From: Myxococcota bacterium
GTDB taxonomy: Bacteria > Myxococcota_A > UBA9042 > PHBI01 > JAWLBL01
Assembly: GCA_041687695.1 (NCBI GenBank)
Contig: JAWLBL010000014.1
Location: forward strand, 1-64,000
Reading direction: 5' to 3'
Length of the DNA: 64,000 nt
In this document: one piece after another, positions 36,863 to 49,546 of the stretch
Numbering within the stretch: the stretch's first letter is position 1
How the letters are laid out: each line of letters opens with the position of its first letter
Notes under the pieces: generated by a model
Seen by the model: only the letters and a program-made list of their open reading frames with translations
Told to the model about the DNA's origin: nothing
Database searches by the model: none
Position numbers and translations under genes: made by a program

Positions 36863-38058
36863 TGCGCGCGCTCGCCGCCGGCCTGGTCGCCGCCTGCACG
36901 CTCGCGGCCCCGCTCTCGGGCCGAGCCTACATCCTGATGGACCGGCTCTGGCCCAAGATGCCCATCCCCATCTGGGTGAACCCGGCGGGCGCCCCCGAGT
37001 TCGCGGGCGCCAAGGACGGCACCGACCTCATCCTGCTGGCCGCCGGCGTGTGGGAGGGCGTCGCCTGCGCCACCATCTCGTTCCAGTACATGGGCGAGAC
37101 GGACGGGCAGCTCGCAAAGGACGGCAAGAACACCATCTACTGGGTCGAGGAGGGCTGGGGATTCGACGACGCGGCGGCCGGCGCGACGATGTTCTGGCCC
37201 ACGGCCGAGGGCGAACCGATGGAGTTCGATCTCGGCCTCAACGCAGAGAACTACAGCTGGATCCTGGGCGGCGGCGACGCGACGGAGACCAGCGTCGTCG
37301 ACCCCATGTCGGTCATCACCCACGAGCTGGGTCACGTCCTGGGCCTCGCCCACTCCGAGCACCAGTTCGCGACGATGTACCAGGCCCTGCTGCCCAACGG
37401 GATGCAGGCCACGCTCGCGGCCGACGACAAGCTGGGTGTCTGCGGCGCCTACCCTTCGGGTCAGGACGAGTGCGAGACCGACGACGACTGCTTCGGCGGC
37501 GTCTGCGTCGCGGCCGAGGGGCTCAAGGTCTGCGGCGACGTCCTCGCCCAGACGGGCGAGCCGTGCAGCAAGTACGACCTCGCCTGCGAGGGGATGTGCT
37601 TCATCTCGTTCTACGAGTGCTCGGCCATCTGCGCGTTCACGACCGAGGACTACAGCGACGGCTACTGCGCGCCGAAGTGCCAGGGGGACGTGGACTGTCC
37701 CTCCGGCTGGTTCTGCTACGACGTGCCGGACCAAGACCTCATGGTGTGCCTGAAAGACCCTGAAGCCCCACCCGAGCCCGGTCCCGAGCCCGGCCCGGAG
37801 CCCGGCCCGGAGCCCGGCCCCGAGCCCGTCGCTGAGCCGGTGGCCGAGCCCGGCCCGGAGCCCGCTCCAGAGCCCATGCCCGAGGTCGTGGAAGCCGACG
37901 CGGCTCCGACGCCCGACGCGACGGCCGAGGCCGAGGTGGCCGAACCGGCCGCGCCCGCCCCGCGCCAGGACGACGGCGGCTGCGCCTCGGGCTCCGGCCA
38001 CCGCCTCGCCTGGCTGCTGGCCGCGCTCGCCCTGGTCGCGCGCCGCCGCCGCGCCTGA
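36862..38058 (+). CDS. Matrixin-like (metzincin) metalloprotease with MYXO-CTERM-like tail
   Basis: HELGHVLGLAH zinc motif, ATMY Met-turn, Cys-rich domain, (PEPG)n linker, GGCASG-hydrophobic-RRRR; TGATG coupling. Confidence 0.9.
   Translation: MRALAAGLVAACTLAAPLSGRAYILMDRLWPKMPIPIWVNPAGAPEFAGAKDGTDLILLAAGVWEGVACATISFQYMGETDGQLAKDGKNTIYWVEEGWGFDDAAAGATMFWPTAEGEPMEFDLGLNAENYSWILGGGDATETSVVDPMSVITHELGHVLGLAHSEHQFATMYQALLPNGMQATLAADDKLGVCGAYPSGQDECETDDDCFGGVCVAAEGLKVCGDVLAQTGEPCSKYDLACEGMCFISFYECSAICAFTTEDYSDGYCAPKCQGDVDCPSGWFCYDVPDQDLMVCLKDPEAPPEPGPEPGPEPGPEPGPEPVAEPVAEPGPEPAPEPMPEVVEADAAPTPDATAEAEVAEPAAPAPRQDDGGCASGSGHRLAWLLAALALVARRRRA
37769..37872 (+). repeat. 12-bp tandem repeat encoding (PEPG)n linker
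   Basis: cccgagcccggt/c units. Confidence 0.8.
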
Positions 38059-38074
38059 GCGCCCGCCGCCGGAC

Positions 38075-40225
38075 TCAGGGGGCCTTGGCGGTGCGGTCGG
38101 CCAGGCTCAGCTCGGCCACGCCGTCCTGGAACCGGATCCGCGCCAGCATCACCTTCTGCTGGTGGTCGACGATGTCGATGGTCGCCTTCTGGATGCGGCT
38201 CGACACCTCCTCCATCTTCTTCTGGAGGTGCCGCATCAGCTCACCGCCCGCCTTGGCCGCCTTCAGGCTCAGGATCTGCCCGTGCAGCTCGTCGACGCGC
38301 GTGCGGTACTCGGCGACGCGCTCGCGCAGGCTGTCGATGGCCTGCTCGTGGTTGCCGATCTCGTTCCAGTGCGCCAGCAGCTTGCGCAGCTGCTCGGCGA
38401 CCACGCCCTGCTCGCCGGGCGCCTCGAGCCACACCCGGACCAGCTCGACGCCCACGTCCGAGCGCAGATCCAGTGTCCTGACGAGCGGCGTCGCCTCCTC
38501 GATCTCGACCGTCGTGGTCTCGCCCGGCTTCAGCGCGACCTCGAACAGATGGGCCTCGCCCAGCCGCTCGAACAGCTTGGGGTTGCGGGTCAGCGTCCAG
38601 CCCTTGCGCACCGTGTGGCGCACGTAGACCGTGGCCGGCTTGTGCAGGCGGTTGGTCAGCTTCAGCTTCGTCTTGCGCGCGTGCTGCACCTCGGCCGTCA
38701 GCACGCCGCGCTGCAGCGTGACCAGCCTCGAGATGCGGTCGCCGCTGGTCGCGTCCTTCTCGACGACCACCTGCCGGTCGAGCGCGAAGGGGATGACCGC
38801 CGTCGCGCGCGGCGGGATGGGGTCGGTCAGGCCCTCGCCGATGAAGCGGCCGTCGCCGTAGAAGGTCACCGGGCCCGACTCCAGCGTCGACTCGGTGGGG
38901 TTGCGCAGCCGCACCGCCCGGAACGCGAAGCGGTCGCTGCCGCGGTCGGCCTCGGCGTCGTACAGGTAGACCACGGCGCCGTCGGCGGTGATGTCGACCA
39001 TGGACACCATCGCGCTGGTGCCCCGCTTGACCGTCAGCGCCGTCTGGGACTCGAAGTGGCTCTCGCCGACCGGCCGCCCGGACTCGTCCACCTTCGCCGC
39101 GCTGGCCGCCTGCGGGTCGAGCGGCTCCTCGACGACGCGCACGCCCGCCCGCTGGCCGGCCACCGCGCCCCGCGCCACGACCTGCAGCCGCGCCGGCGAG
39201 ACGCCGTTCTGGACCAGGTGGTTCTTCAGCGTGTTGGCCCGGTCCAGCGCGCGGCCCATCGGGTCCGGCTCGCCGGGATCGGCGAAGCCCTCGATGACCA
39301 CGTTGCCCCCGCGCTGGTTGATGGCCGCCGCCATCGCCTTCAGGCGCTGCTGCCGCTGCGCCTCGGCCGCGCGCTGGGCCTGCAGCTGATCGTGCCGCGT
39401 CCGCGCCTCGGCCTTGTCGGCGAACCCGGCGCCGCGAGACTCCCGCTGCTTGCCCGGGCGGGCCCGACTCGCAGGCGCGGGCCGGGCCGCTGCCTCGTCG
39501 ACCGGCGCGGGGCGCGCAGGCGCGTCGGGGTGTCCGGGCGGCCGCGGGATGTCCAGATCGGCCACCTCGGCCAGCAGCTGCGTGTTGCGCGTCTGGTCCT
39601 GGTGGACCGCCCCGCCCTTGGGCGGCGCCACGGCGAACTGCTCCTGGTGGCCGAGCAGCTCGCGGTGCACCGAGCGGACGCTGCGGAGATCGTAGCGGAA
39701 CGACAGCGCCGAGCTGGAGCCGACGCCGACGCGCACGCCGTTCCAGTCCTCGCCCGAGGTGTTGTCGACGATGGCCCACCCCTCGAGCTCGACCTGCCCG
39801 TCGTCCTGGACCATGACGCGGTAGCTGGGCTTCCAGGCCGGCGCGTCGATGATGTAGGTCAGGACGAGGTCGTGCGGGCCGGGGCTCGGCAGCTGGATGG
39901 TCATCTCGACGGTGCTGCTCTCGGTCGCCGGCCGCGTCGGGAACGACACGGGCAGCGCCTTGCCGGTGCGGGCGTCGGTCACGGTCAGCGACTTGAGGAA
40001 GTCGTCGACCTTGTCGTTGGGGACCGTCAGGTCCAGCGTGTCGCCCTGCACGCGGGCGCGCCGCTCGTAGTAGGCGATGCCGTTGCGGTAGACGACGACG
40101 CGGCCGAGGGCGGCCTGGTCGGTCTTGACGTAGGTGCCGTGTCCGCCGCAGGCGGTCGGGCCGCCGAGCGCGGTCACGGCGGTCAGGGCGGCCAGGGAGA
40201 GGAGGCGATACCAGGGCAGTCTCAT
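38075..40225 (-). CDS. DUF4139-family secreted protein/lipoprotein with OmpA-like insert and C-terminal coiled coil
   Basis: RVVVYRNGIAYYER, VDDFLKSL, APAWKPSYR, GWAIVDNTSGEDW, LESGPVT. Confidence 0.82.
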   Translation of the reverse strand: MRLPWYRLLSLAALTAVTALGGPTACGGHGTYVKTDQAALGRVVVYRNGIAYYERRARVQGDTLDLTVPNDKVDDFLKSLTVTDARTGKALPVSFPTRPATESSTVEMTIQLPSPGPHDLVLTYIIDAPAWKPSYRVMVQDDGQVELEGWAIVDNTSGEDWNGVRVGVGSSSALSFRYDLRSVRSVHRELLGHQEQFAVAPPKGGAVHQDQTRNTQLLAEVADLDIPRPPGHPDAPARPAPVDEAAARPAPASRARPGKQRESRGAGFADKAEARTRHDQLQAQRAAEAQRQQRLKAMAAAINQRGGNVVIEGFADPGEPDPMGRALDRANTLKNHLVQNGVSPARLQVVARGAVAGQRAGVRVVEEPLDPQAASAAKVDESGRPVGESHFESQTALTVKRGTSAMVSMVDITADGAVVYLYDAEADRGSDRFAFRAVRLRNPTESTLESGPVTFYGDGRFIGEGLTDPIPPRATAVIPFALDRQVVVEKDATSGDRISRLVTLQRGVLTAEVQHARKTKLKLTNRLHKPATVYVRHTVRKGWTLTRNPKLFERLGEAHLFEVALKPGETTTVEIEEATPLVRTLDLRSDVGVELVRVWLEAPGEQGVVAEQLRKLLAHWNEIGNHEQAIDSLRERVAEYRTRVDELHGQILSLKAAKAGGELMRHLQKKMEEVSSRIQKATIDIVDHQQKVMLARIRFQDGVAELSLADRTAKAP

Positions 40226-40409
40226 GACGGGGCTCCCACTCGTGGGTTGGTGGCTACGGGGCCCTTTGTACGCGTCACGGCGGCAATGGTTCTGACGGCG
40301 CCCCACGTCGGGCCCGATCGTGCGCAGTTACAGGGCGTTCGGACCCCACCCGACCGGGGCGCGAGGCCCAGGTTGCGCGGCCCCGGGCCCTCGGATTAGC
40401 CTGAACGCG

Positions 40410-42122
40410 ATGGACGCGCCCCTGCCCAAGCCGCCGCCCGGCGGCCCCCCCGACGAGGACTGGCTGCTCGGGCAGCTCGTCGACGGCAAGTACCGCATCG
40501 AGTCGCTCATCGCCTCGGGCGGCATGGGCCGCGTCTACAAGGGCACGCAGGAGCCGCTCGGCCGGCCCGTCGCCGTCAAGATCCTGGCGCCCGTCAACCC
40601 CGGCACCTCGGGCGCCGAGGTCCACGAGAAGCGGTTCTTCCGCGAGGCCAGCATCGCCAGCCGGCTGTCGCACCCGAACACCGTGGTCATCCACGACTAC
40701 GGCGCGCTGCCCGAGGCCCGCGGCCTGTTCCTGGTGATGGAGTACATCCCCGGCGCCTCGCTCTACCAGGTCATCGCCGACAAGGGCCCGCTGCCCGCCG
40801 CGCGCACCCTGCGCATCGCCCGCCAGATCTGCGGCTCGCTCGCCGAGGCCCACGGCCAGGGCGTCGTCCACCGCGACCTCAAGCCGCTGAACATCCTGCT
40901 GACCTCGCACGGCGGCGGCGGCGACTTCGTCAAGGTCGTCGACTTCGGCCTCGTCAAGAGCGTCGACGAGGACGCCGCCGACATCGTCACCCAGGAGGGG
41001 CAGATCATCGGCTCGCCCCTGTACATGTCGCCCGAGCAGATCTTCAGCCAGGACGTCGACGCCCGCACCGACGTCTACGCCTTCGGCGTCATCCTCTACG
41101 AGATGCTGACCGGCCGCCCCCCGTTCGTCCGCACCAGCAAGCGTCGGGACCACAGCGAGGTCATCCGCGGCCACCTGACCCTGCCGCCGCCGCCCATGCG
41201 CTCGGTGTTGCCGGTGGCCGACGTCGCGATCCCGCAAGCGCTGCAGCAGCTCGTCATGGAGTGCCTGGCCAAGGCGCCCGACGATCGCCCCCCGACCATG
41301 CAGGCGCTCGACCAGCGCCTCGCCGCCATCGAGGCCGCGCGGACCGCCGCGCCGCCGGCCGCCGCGCCGCCCCCGCGCCCCGCGCCGCTGCCCGAGACGA
41401 CGACGTCGTTCTCCATGGACCGGGTCCTCGCCTCGGTGCCCGTCCCGCAGCACCTCCAGACCGAGGCCGCGCCCTCCCCGGTCCGCCCCACGTCCGCGCC
41501 GCCACGCGGCCGCTGGGTCGCCCTCGCGCTCGCCGCCGCCGCCGCCGCGGGGCTGGCCTTCGTCTTTTGGCCGTCCTCGACGCCCAAGCCCGCCGCGCCC
41601 CCGCCCAAGGTCCAGGCCGCGGCCACGGCGCCGCCCGTCGACGCGCCACCGGCCGCCGCTCCCCCGACCGCCTCCGCCCAGGTCGCGGCCGAGGTGGCCG
41701 ACGACCGCGCCCCGCCGCCGCCCTCGCCCAACGTCCTGGTCCGCTTCGAGACCGATCCGCCGGGCGCCACCCTGCGCGCCGTCGACGACGCCGCCGACAC
41801 CGTCCTCGGCACCACCCCGCTGACCCTCGAGGTGCCGCGCGCCCCCCTCGCGGACGCGCCGCGGACCTGGGTGGCCCAGCTGCCCGGCCACGTGAACGCC
41901 ACCATGACCCTCGCGGCCACCGACCAGGCCGAGGTCACGCTGCGCCAGCGCCTGTCGCCCGCCGACGTCGCCCCGCTGCCGCCCGCGCCCGAGCAGCCCG
42001 CGGCCACGCCCGCCCCGCTCGCGGCCGACGCGCCGCCCCAGGCGCCCGCCCCCAAGCGGCCCGCGCCGCCGCGCAAGAAGTCGCCCGCCAAACCTCCGCT
42101 CGACATCAAGCTCGACCGGTGA
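40410..42122 (+). CDS. Membrane-anchored Ser/Thr protein kinase with C-terminal PEGA-like domain
   Basis: GGMGRVY, VAVKIL, HRDLKPLN, DFGLVK, YMSPEQ; TM helix; ETDPPGAT...LGTTPL. Confidence 0.93.
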   Translation: MDAPLPKPPPGGPPDEDWLLGQLVDGKYRIESLIASGGMGRVYKGTQEPLGRPVAVKILAPVNPGTSGAEVHEKRFFREASIASRLSHPNTVVIHDYGALPEARGLFLVMEYIPGASLYQVIADKGPLPAARTLRIARQICGSLAEAHGQGVVHRDLKPLNILLTSHGGGGDFVKVVDFGLVKSVDEDAADIVTQEGQIIGSPLYMSPEQIFSQDVDARTDVYAFGVILYEMLTGRPPFVRTSKRRDHSEVIRGHLTLPPPPMRSVLPVADVAIPQALQQLVMECLAKAPDDRPPTMQALDQRLAAIEAARTAAPPAAAPPPRPAPLPETTTSFSMDRVLASVPVPQHLQTEAAPSPVRPTSAPPRGRWVALALAAAAAAGLAFVFWPSSTPKPAAPPPKVQAAATAPPVDAPPAAAPPTASAQVAAEVADDRAPPPPSPNVLVRFETDPPGATLRAVDDAADTVLGTTPLTLEVPRAPLADAPRTWVAQLPGHVNATMTLAATDQAEVTLRQRLSPADVAPLPPAPEQPAATPAPLAADAPPQAPAPKRPAPPRKKSPAKPPLDIKLDR

Positions 42123-42147
42123 CCCGCAGCCTCTGGACCCGCCCACG

Positions 42148-45114
42148 ATGACGCTCCATCGCCTCCGTCGCCTCGCCCGGGTCCCGCTCCTCGCGCTGCC
42201 GCTCGCCCTGGGCACCGTCACCGCCCAGCCGCCGCCCGCCGCGGCCCAGCAGTCCGACGGCGCCGACGAGGCCGAGGTCCAGTTCCGGCTGGGCAACGAC
42301 GCCTACCGCCGCGCCGACTTCCGCGTGGCCCTGGCGCACTACTTCGCCTCGAACCGCCTCGCGCCCAACCGCAACGTCCAGTTCAACATCGCCCGCTGCT
42401 ACGAGCAGCTCCGGCAGTACGTCGAAGCCTATCGCTACTACGAGGCCTTCGCGGCGCCCGAGATGTCGCCCGACGAGCGCCGGGCCCTCGACGACGCCCT
42501 CGCGCGCGTCCGGCCCTACGTCGCCCTGCTGTCCATCACCAGCGACCCGCCGGGCGCGACCATCTACATCGGGCGCCGCGACCTCGGCGGCCACGGCGTG
42601 ACGCCGCGGGTCCTCGCCCTGTCCCCCGGTCGGCACGACGTACTGCTCGACCGCGCCGGCCACGACCCGTTCCAGGCGACCGGCGTCGAGGTGAAGATCG
42701 GGGACACGGCCACCCTGACGGCGCCCCTCGCGCGCATCCTGGGCCGCCTCGAGGTCGTCGGCGAGCCGGCCGGCGCCCAGGTCACGGTCGACGACGCCGA
42801 GGGCCGCGTCACCTCCATCATGGGCCAGACGCTGAGCCTGTCGCCGGGCGAGCACCGCGTGGTGGTCAGCCACCCCGGCTACGTGCCCGTCGAGGTGCCC
42901 GCCGTCGTGCAGCCCAACGGCGACGCGCGCGTCGAGGTCAGGCTGATGCGCCAGACGGGCACGCTGGTCATCCAGTCCGAAGAGCCCGGCGCCCTCGTCC
43001 TCGTCGACGACAAGCCGATGGGCTTCACGCCCTCGGTGCTCAACGACGTCCCCTCGGGGCGCCACCTCGTCAGCGTGCAGTCCCAGGGCTTCCGCACCTT
43101 CACGACCGAGGTCGACCTCGACCCCGACCAGCGCGTCCTGGTCGAGGCGAACATGGCCGTCGCCGAGGACGTCGCCGCCGCGTCGCGCCAGACCGAGTCC
43201 ATCCTGGACGCGCCCGCCTCGGTGACCCTCATCGGCGAGCGCGAGATGGAGGCCTTCGCCTACACCGACGTCGCCGACGCGCTGCAGGGCGTCCGCGGCA
43301 CCTACCTGTCCGACGACATGACCTACGTGTCGCCCGGCGTGCGCGGCTTCAGCCCCTTCGGGCAGTACGGCAACCGGGTCCTGGTCCAGCTCGACGGCCA
43401 CACCATCAACGACAACTGGATAGGCTCGTCCTTCATCGGCTACGACCTCCTCTCCAGCCTCCACCCGCTCGAGCGCATCGAGCTGGTCCGCGGCCCGGGG
43501 TCGACCCTGTACGGCACGGGCGCCTTCTTCGGCGTCGTCAACCTGGTCACGCCGTCGCGCGCGCCCGACCACAAGGTCGAGCTGGGCGCGTCGATGGTCG
43601 ATCTCGGCGCCTTCCGCAGCTACGCCACCGTCGGCTCGCCCCTGGGCAAGGACGGCGGCTTTTGGGCCTACGGCGGCGGCGTCTACTCGCAGCCCAAGGA
43701 CTTCGTGTCGCCGTCGCGCCAGGCGTCCGACGCGGGCGCGGGCGTCGCCCAGGCCGCGGACACCTGGGACTCGGCCTCGGCCCTGGGCAAGGTGTGGCTC
43801 GGGGACGTGACCCTGCAGTGGTACTTCCACGATCGCGACAAGCAGATCCCGACCGGCGCCTTCGAGACGGTCTTCGGCGGCCCCGACCTGGCGACCTCGA
43901 ACGACCAGCGCGCCTTCGTCGAGGCGCGCTACGAGCCGCGCCTGGGCCCGTCCGCGCAGCTGCTCGGCCGCGTCTACCTCGATCACTACACCTACGACGG
44001 CCGCCTGCCCTACGGCGAGGTGGGCGCCCTCGACGAGGATCTCAGCGAGTCCTTCAACGGCAACTGGCTGGGCGCCGAGCTGCGCAGCATCTTCCGGCCC
44101 TGGGACTCCGCGCGCTTCACGGTCGGCGCCGACTACCAGCTCCACTTCCGCCACGAGGGGCGCGGCGTCGACACGCGCTCGGGCGAGACCTACTACGACG
44201 AGTCGCACCCCTTCCAGGTCTTCTCGGCCTACGCCGTCGGGGACGTGGGCCTGACCGACTGGCTCTCGGTCTCGGCCGGTCTGCGCTTCGACGGCTGGGT
44301 CATCCAGGATCTGGCCCTGCAGGGCGCCGCCGACCCGAGCGCGCGCGAGGACCGCTTCCTGTCGTCGCTCAACCCGCGCCTCGGCCTGCTCTTCCACCCG
44401 TCCAAAGACGGCACCCTCAAGGTGCTGGCCGGCCGCGCTTTCCGCGCCCCTTCGCTCTACGAGCTGACCTACTCGGACGGCGGCGCCACCCAGATCCAGA
44501 GCCCCGATCTCGACCCCGAGACCATCCTGACCGGCGAGGTCGAGTACACCCACCGCCTGCCCGGCTCGTTCTGGGCCACGGGCGCGGTCTTCGCCAACCG
44601 GATCTCGAGCCTCATCGAGCAGACCGGACAGGCGACGTCCGACGATCCGCTGCGCTACCGCAACCTGGGTGAGGACGTGTTCACCGGCGGCGCCGAGGTC
44701 GAGCTGCGCCGCGAGTTCCGGCGCGGCTGGATGATGGCCGCGCAGTACTCGTTCCAGCGCACGCGCAAGGGCGGTCTCTTCGAGGGCGAGGCCGTCGAGA
44801 ACTCGCCCGAGCACCTGGCCGGCGTGAAGCTGGTCGTCCCGCTGGTGGCGCGCGAGCTGCAGCTGGCGACGCGGCTGGCCGTACAGTCGGGGCGCCTCGA
44901 TCGCGACCTGACGCGGGCGACGGCCACCGAGCCGGCGGTCCTGTGGGACTTCACGCTCTCCGGAGAGGTCCAGGCGCTGTCGATGCACTACGCCGCCGGG
45001 CTCCGCAACCTGCTGGGCTGGCGCTACGCGCACCCCGTGGGCGGCGACGTGGCGGACCGGGCGCTCGACCAGCGCGGGATCACCGGCGTCGTGGACCTGC
45101 GCTTTTCCCTCTGA
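42148..45114 (+). CDS. TonB-dependent receptor with N-terminal TPR and three PEGA domains
   Basis: Signal peptide; TPR (FNIARCYEQL); SDPPGA/GEPAGA/SEEPGA PEGA starts; plug (APASVTLI, ERIELVRGPGSTLYG); AFRAPSLYEL, LDPET; beta-strand C-terminus. Confidence 0.92.
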   Translation: MTLHRLRRLARVPLLALPLALGTVTAQPPPAAAQQSDGADEAEVQFRLGNDAYRRADFRVALAHYFASNRLAPNRNVQFNIARCYEQLRQYVEAYRYYEAFAAPEMSPDERRALDDALARVRPYVALLSITSDPPGATIYIGRRDLGGHGVTPRVLALSPGRHDVLLDRAGHDPFQATGVEVKIGDTATLTAPLARILGRLEVVGEPAGAQVTVDDAEGRVTSIMGQTLSLSPGEHRVVVSHPGYVPVEVPAVVQPNGDARVEVRLMRQTGTLVIQSEEPGALVLVDDKPMGFTPSVLNDVPSGRHLVSVQSQGFRTFTTEVDLDPDQRVLVEANMAVAEDVAAASRQTESILDAPASVTLIGEREMEAFAYTDVADALQGVRGTYLSDDMTYVSPGVRGFSPFGQYGNRVLVQLDGHTINDNWIGSSFIGYDLLSSLHPLERIELVRGPGSTLYGTGAFFGVVNLVTPSRAPDHKVELGASMVDLGAFRSYATVGSPLGKDGGFWAYGGGVYSQPKDFVSPSRQASDAGAGVAQAADTWDSASALGKVWLGDVTLQWYFHDRDKQIPTGAFETVFGGPDLATSNDQRAFVEARYEPRLGPSAQLLGRVYLDHYTYDGRLPYGEVGALDEDLSESFNGNWLGAELRSIFRPWDSARFTVGADYQLHFRHEGRGVDTRSGETYYDESHPFQVFSAYAVGDVGLTDWLSVSAGLRFDGWVIQDLALQGAADPSAREDRFLSSLNPRLGLLFHPSKDGTLKVLAGRAFRAPSLYELTYSDGGATQIQSPDLDPETILTGEVEYTHRLPGSFWATGAVFANRISSLIEQTGQATSDDPLRYRNLGEDVFTGGAEVELRREFRRGWMMAAQYSFQRTRKGGLFEGEAVENSPEHLAGVKLVVPLVARELQLATRLAVQSGRLDRDLTRATATEPAVLWDFTLSGEVQALSMHYAAGLRNLLGWRYAHPVGGDVADRALDQRGITGVVDLRFSL

Positions 45115-45243
45115 GCGCGCCCCCAGCGCGTCCGCCCCGCCGCGCGGCCGGGGCCCGCTCGCGCCACCTCCCGATTGACGTTCGGGGGCGTTTGGTCTTT
45201 TGTTCCCGCCATTCGTGACCCCCGGGACCAGGAGAAGACGAGG

Positions 45244-48150
<2,907 letters not shown>

Positions 48151-48174
48151 GCCGCGAGGCCAGGCTCTTCCGAG

Positions 48175-48209
48175 TGCCAGGGTCCTTCGGGGCCCTGGCA
48201 TTTTTTTTT
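48175..48209 (+). terminator. Rho-independent terminator after acnA
   Basis: tgccagggtcc-TTCG-gggccctggca stem-loop followed by T9. Confidence 0.92.
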
Positions 48210-48286
48210 GGCCGTCGCCACGGAACTTTCCAGCGACCCGCGCGTCACAGGCGACATCCCACGCCATCCCCCAGTCGGAGGTCGCC

Positions 48287-48922
48287 ATGCTGGTCCGCAC
48301 GCTCTGCAGCCTTGCCCTCGCCCTGTCCCTCGTCGCCACCGCCGCCGCGCCGGCCGCCGCCTGCGGTCACTCGATGCGCGTCAAGGTCAACCTGGACGAC
48401 TCCGAGCTGCTCGTCCGCGCCGAGCGCCTCATCGACGGCGACAAGCCGCTCGCCGGGCTGAAGCTCGTGCGCGACTTCTATCAGTCCAAGGGCTTGCGGA
48501 ACGGCTCTACCATCGAGCGCCGGGCGCGTCGCCTGGCCGCCACCGCCGTGGTCCGCCTCGAGGGCCGCTTCGACCAGCGGGCGCGCCTGCACAAGACGCC
48601 CAAGCAGCTCGCCGCCAACCTGGCGTGGGCCGTGACGACGCTGCGGGCCGAGCTCAAGCGCTCGTACGACGATCCCGCCGTCCGCATGGCGCTGGGCGAG
48701 GCGCTGTCGCGGCAGGCCGGGTCCGAGAAGGAGGCGCTGGCGCTTCTGCAGGCCCTGCGCGACGGCGAGCTGATGGTCAGCGGCTACGGCTTCGCGGCGC
48801 TGGCCCGCCTCGAGGCGGCCCACGGCGACCAGGCGGCGGCCTCGGCGGCGCGCGAGCGCTGCGCTGCGATCGCCGGCGACGCGGCCCGGGCGGTGTGCGG
48901 GGCGCCCGCGGGCCAGGGCTGA
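48287..48922 (+). CDS. Hypothetical secreted helical (TPR-like) protein
   Basis: GGAGG RBS; signal peptide ending AAAC; helical repeats. Confidence 0.7.
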   Translation: MLVRTLCSLALALSLVATAAAPAAACGHSMRVKVNLDDSELLVRAERLIDGDKPLAGLKLVRDFYQSKGLRNGSTIERRARRLAATAVVRLEGRFDQRARLHKTPKQLAANLAWAVTTLRAELKRSYDDPAVRMALGEALSRQAGSEKEALALLQALRDGELMVSGYGFAALARLEAAHGDQAAASAARERCAAIAGDAARAVCGAPAGQG

Positions 48923-49009
48923 CGCCCGAGGGGAGGCGCGGCCGGTAAGGCTTGCGAGGCGGCGGGGCGTCGGTACACTTCCGGCAACCCGCCGCCCCGA
49001 GGAGTCTGG

Positions 49010-49546
49010 ATGCCTGCGCCGCTGGTCGGAATCATCATGGGGAGCATCTCGGACTACGAGACGATGCGGCACGCCGAGGAGGTGCTCGCCGGCCTCGAGG
49101 TGCCGCTCGAGGTGGCCGTGGTCAGCGCCCACCGCACCCCCGAGCACATGGTCGAGTACGCCAAGCTCGCCGAGTCGCGCGGCCTCGAGATCATCATCGC
49201 GGGCGCCGGCGGGGCCGCCCACCTGCCCGGGATGGTGGCGTCGATGACGCAGCTGCCCGTCCTCGGGGTCCCCGTCCGCTCCAGCACCTTCAGCGGCGTC
49301 GACAGCCTGCTGTCCATCGTCCAGATGCCCGGCGGCGTGCCCACGGCGACCTTCGCGGTCGGCGTCGCGGGCGCCGTCAACGCGGGGCTGTTCGCGGCGC
49401 GCATGCTCGCGATACGCGACCGGGCGCTGCGGCGACGCCTCGACGCCTATGTCGCCGCGCAGGTCGAGAAGGTCCTGGTGAGCAACGACGACCTCCAGGC
49501 CCGGTCGGTCGCCGGACGTGGCGGCGACGCGGGAGCGGAGCGGTGA
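49010..49546 (+). CDS. purE: N5-CAIR mutase
   Basis: [40 protein letters not shown]. Confidence 0.96.
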   Translation: MPAPLVGIIMGSISDYETMRHAEEVLAGLEVPLEVAVVSAHRTPEHMVEYAKLAESRGLEIIIAGAGGAAHLPGMVASMTQLPVLGVPVRSSTFSGVDSLLSIVQMPGGVPTATFAVGVAGAVNAGLFAARMLAIRDRALRRRLDAYVAAQVEKVLVSNDDLQARSVAGRGGDAGAER

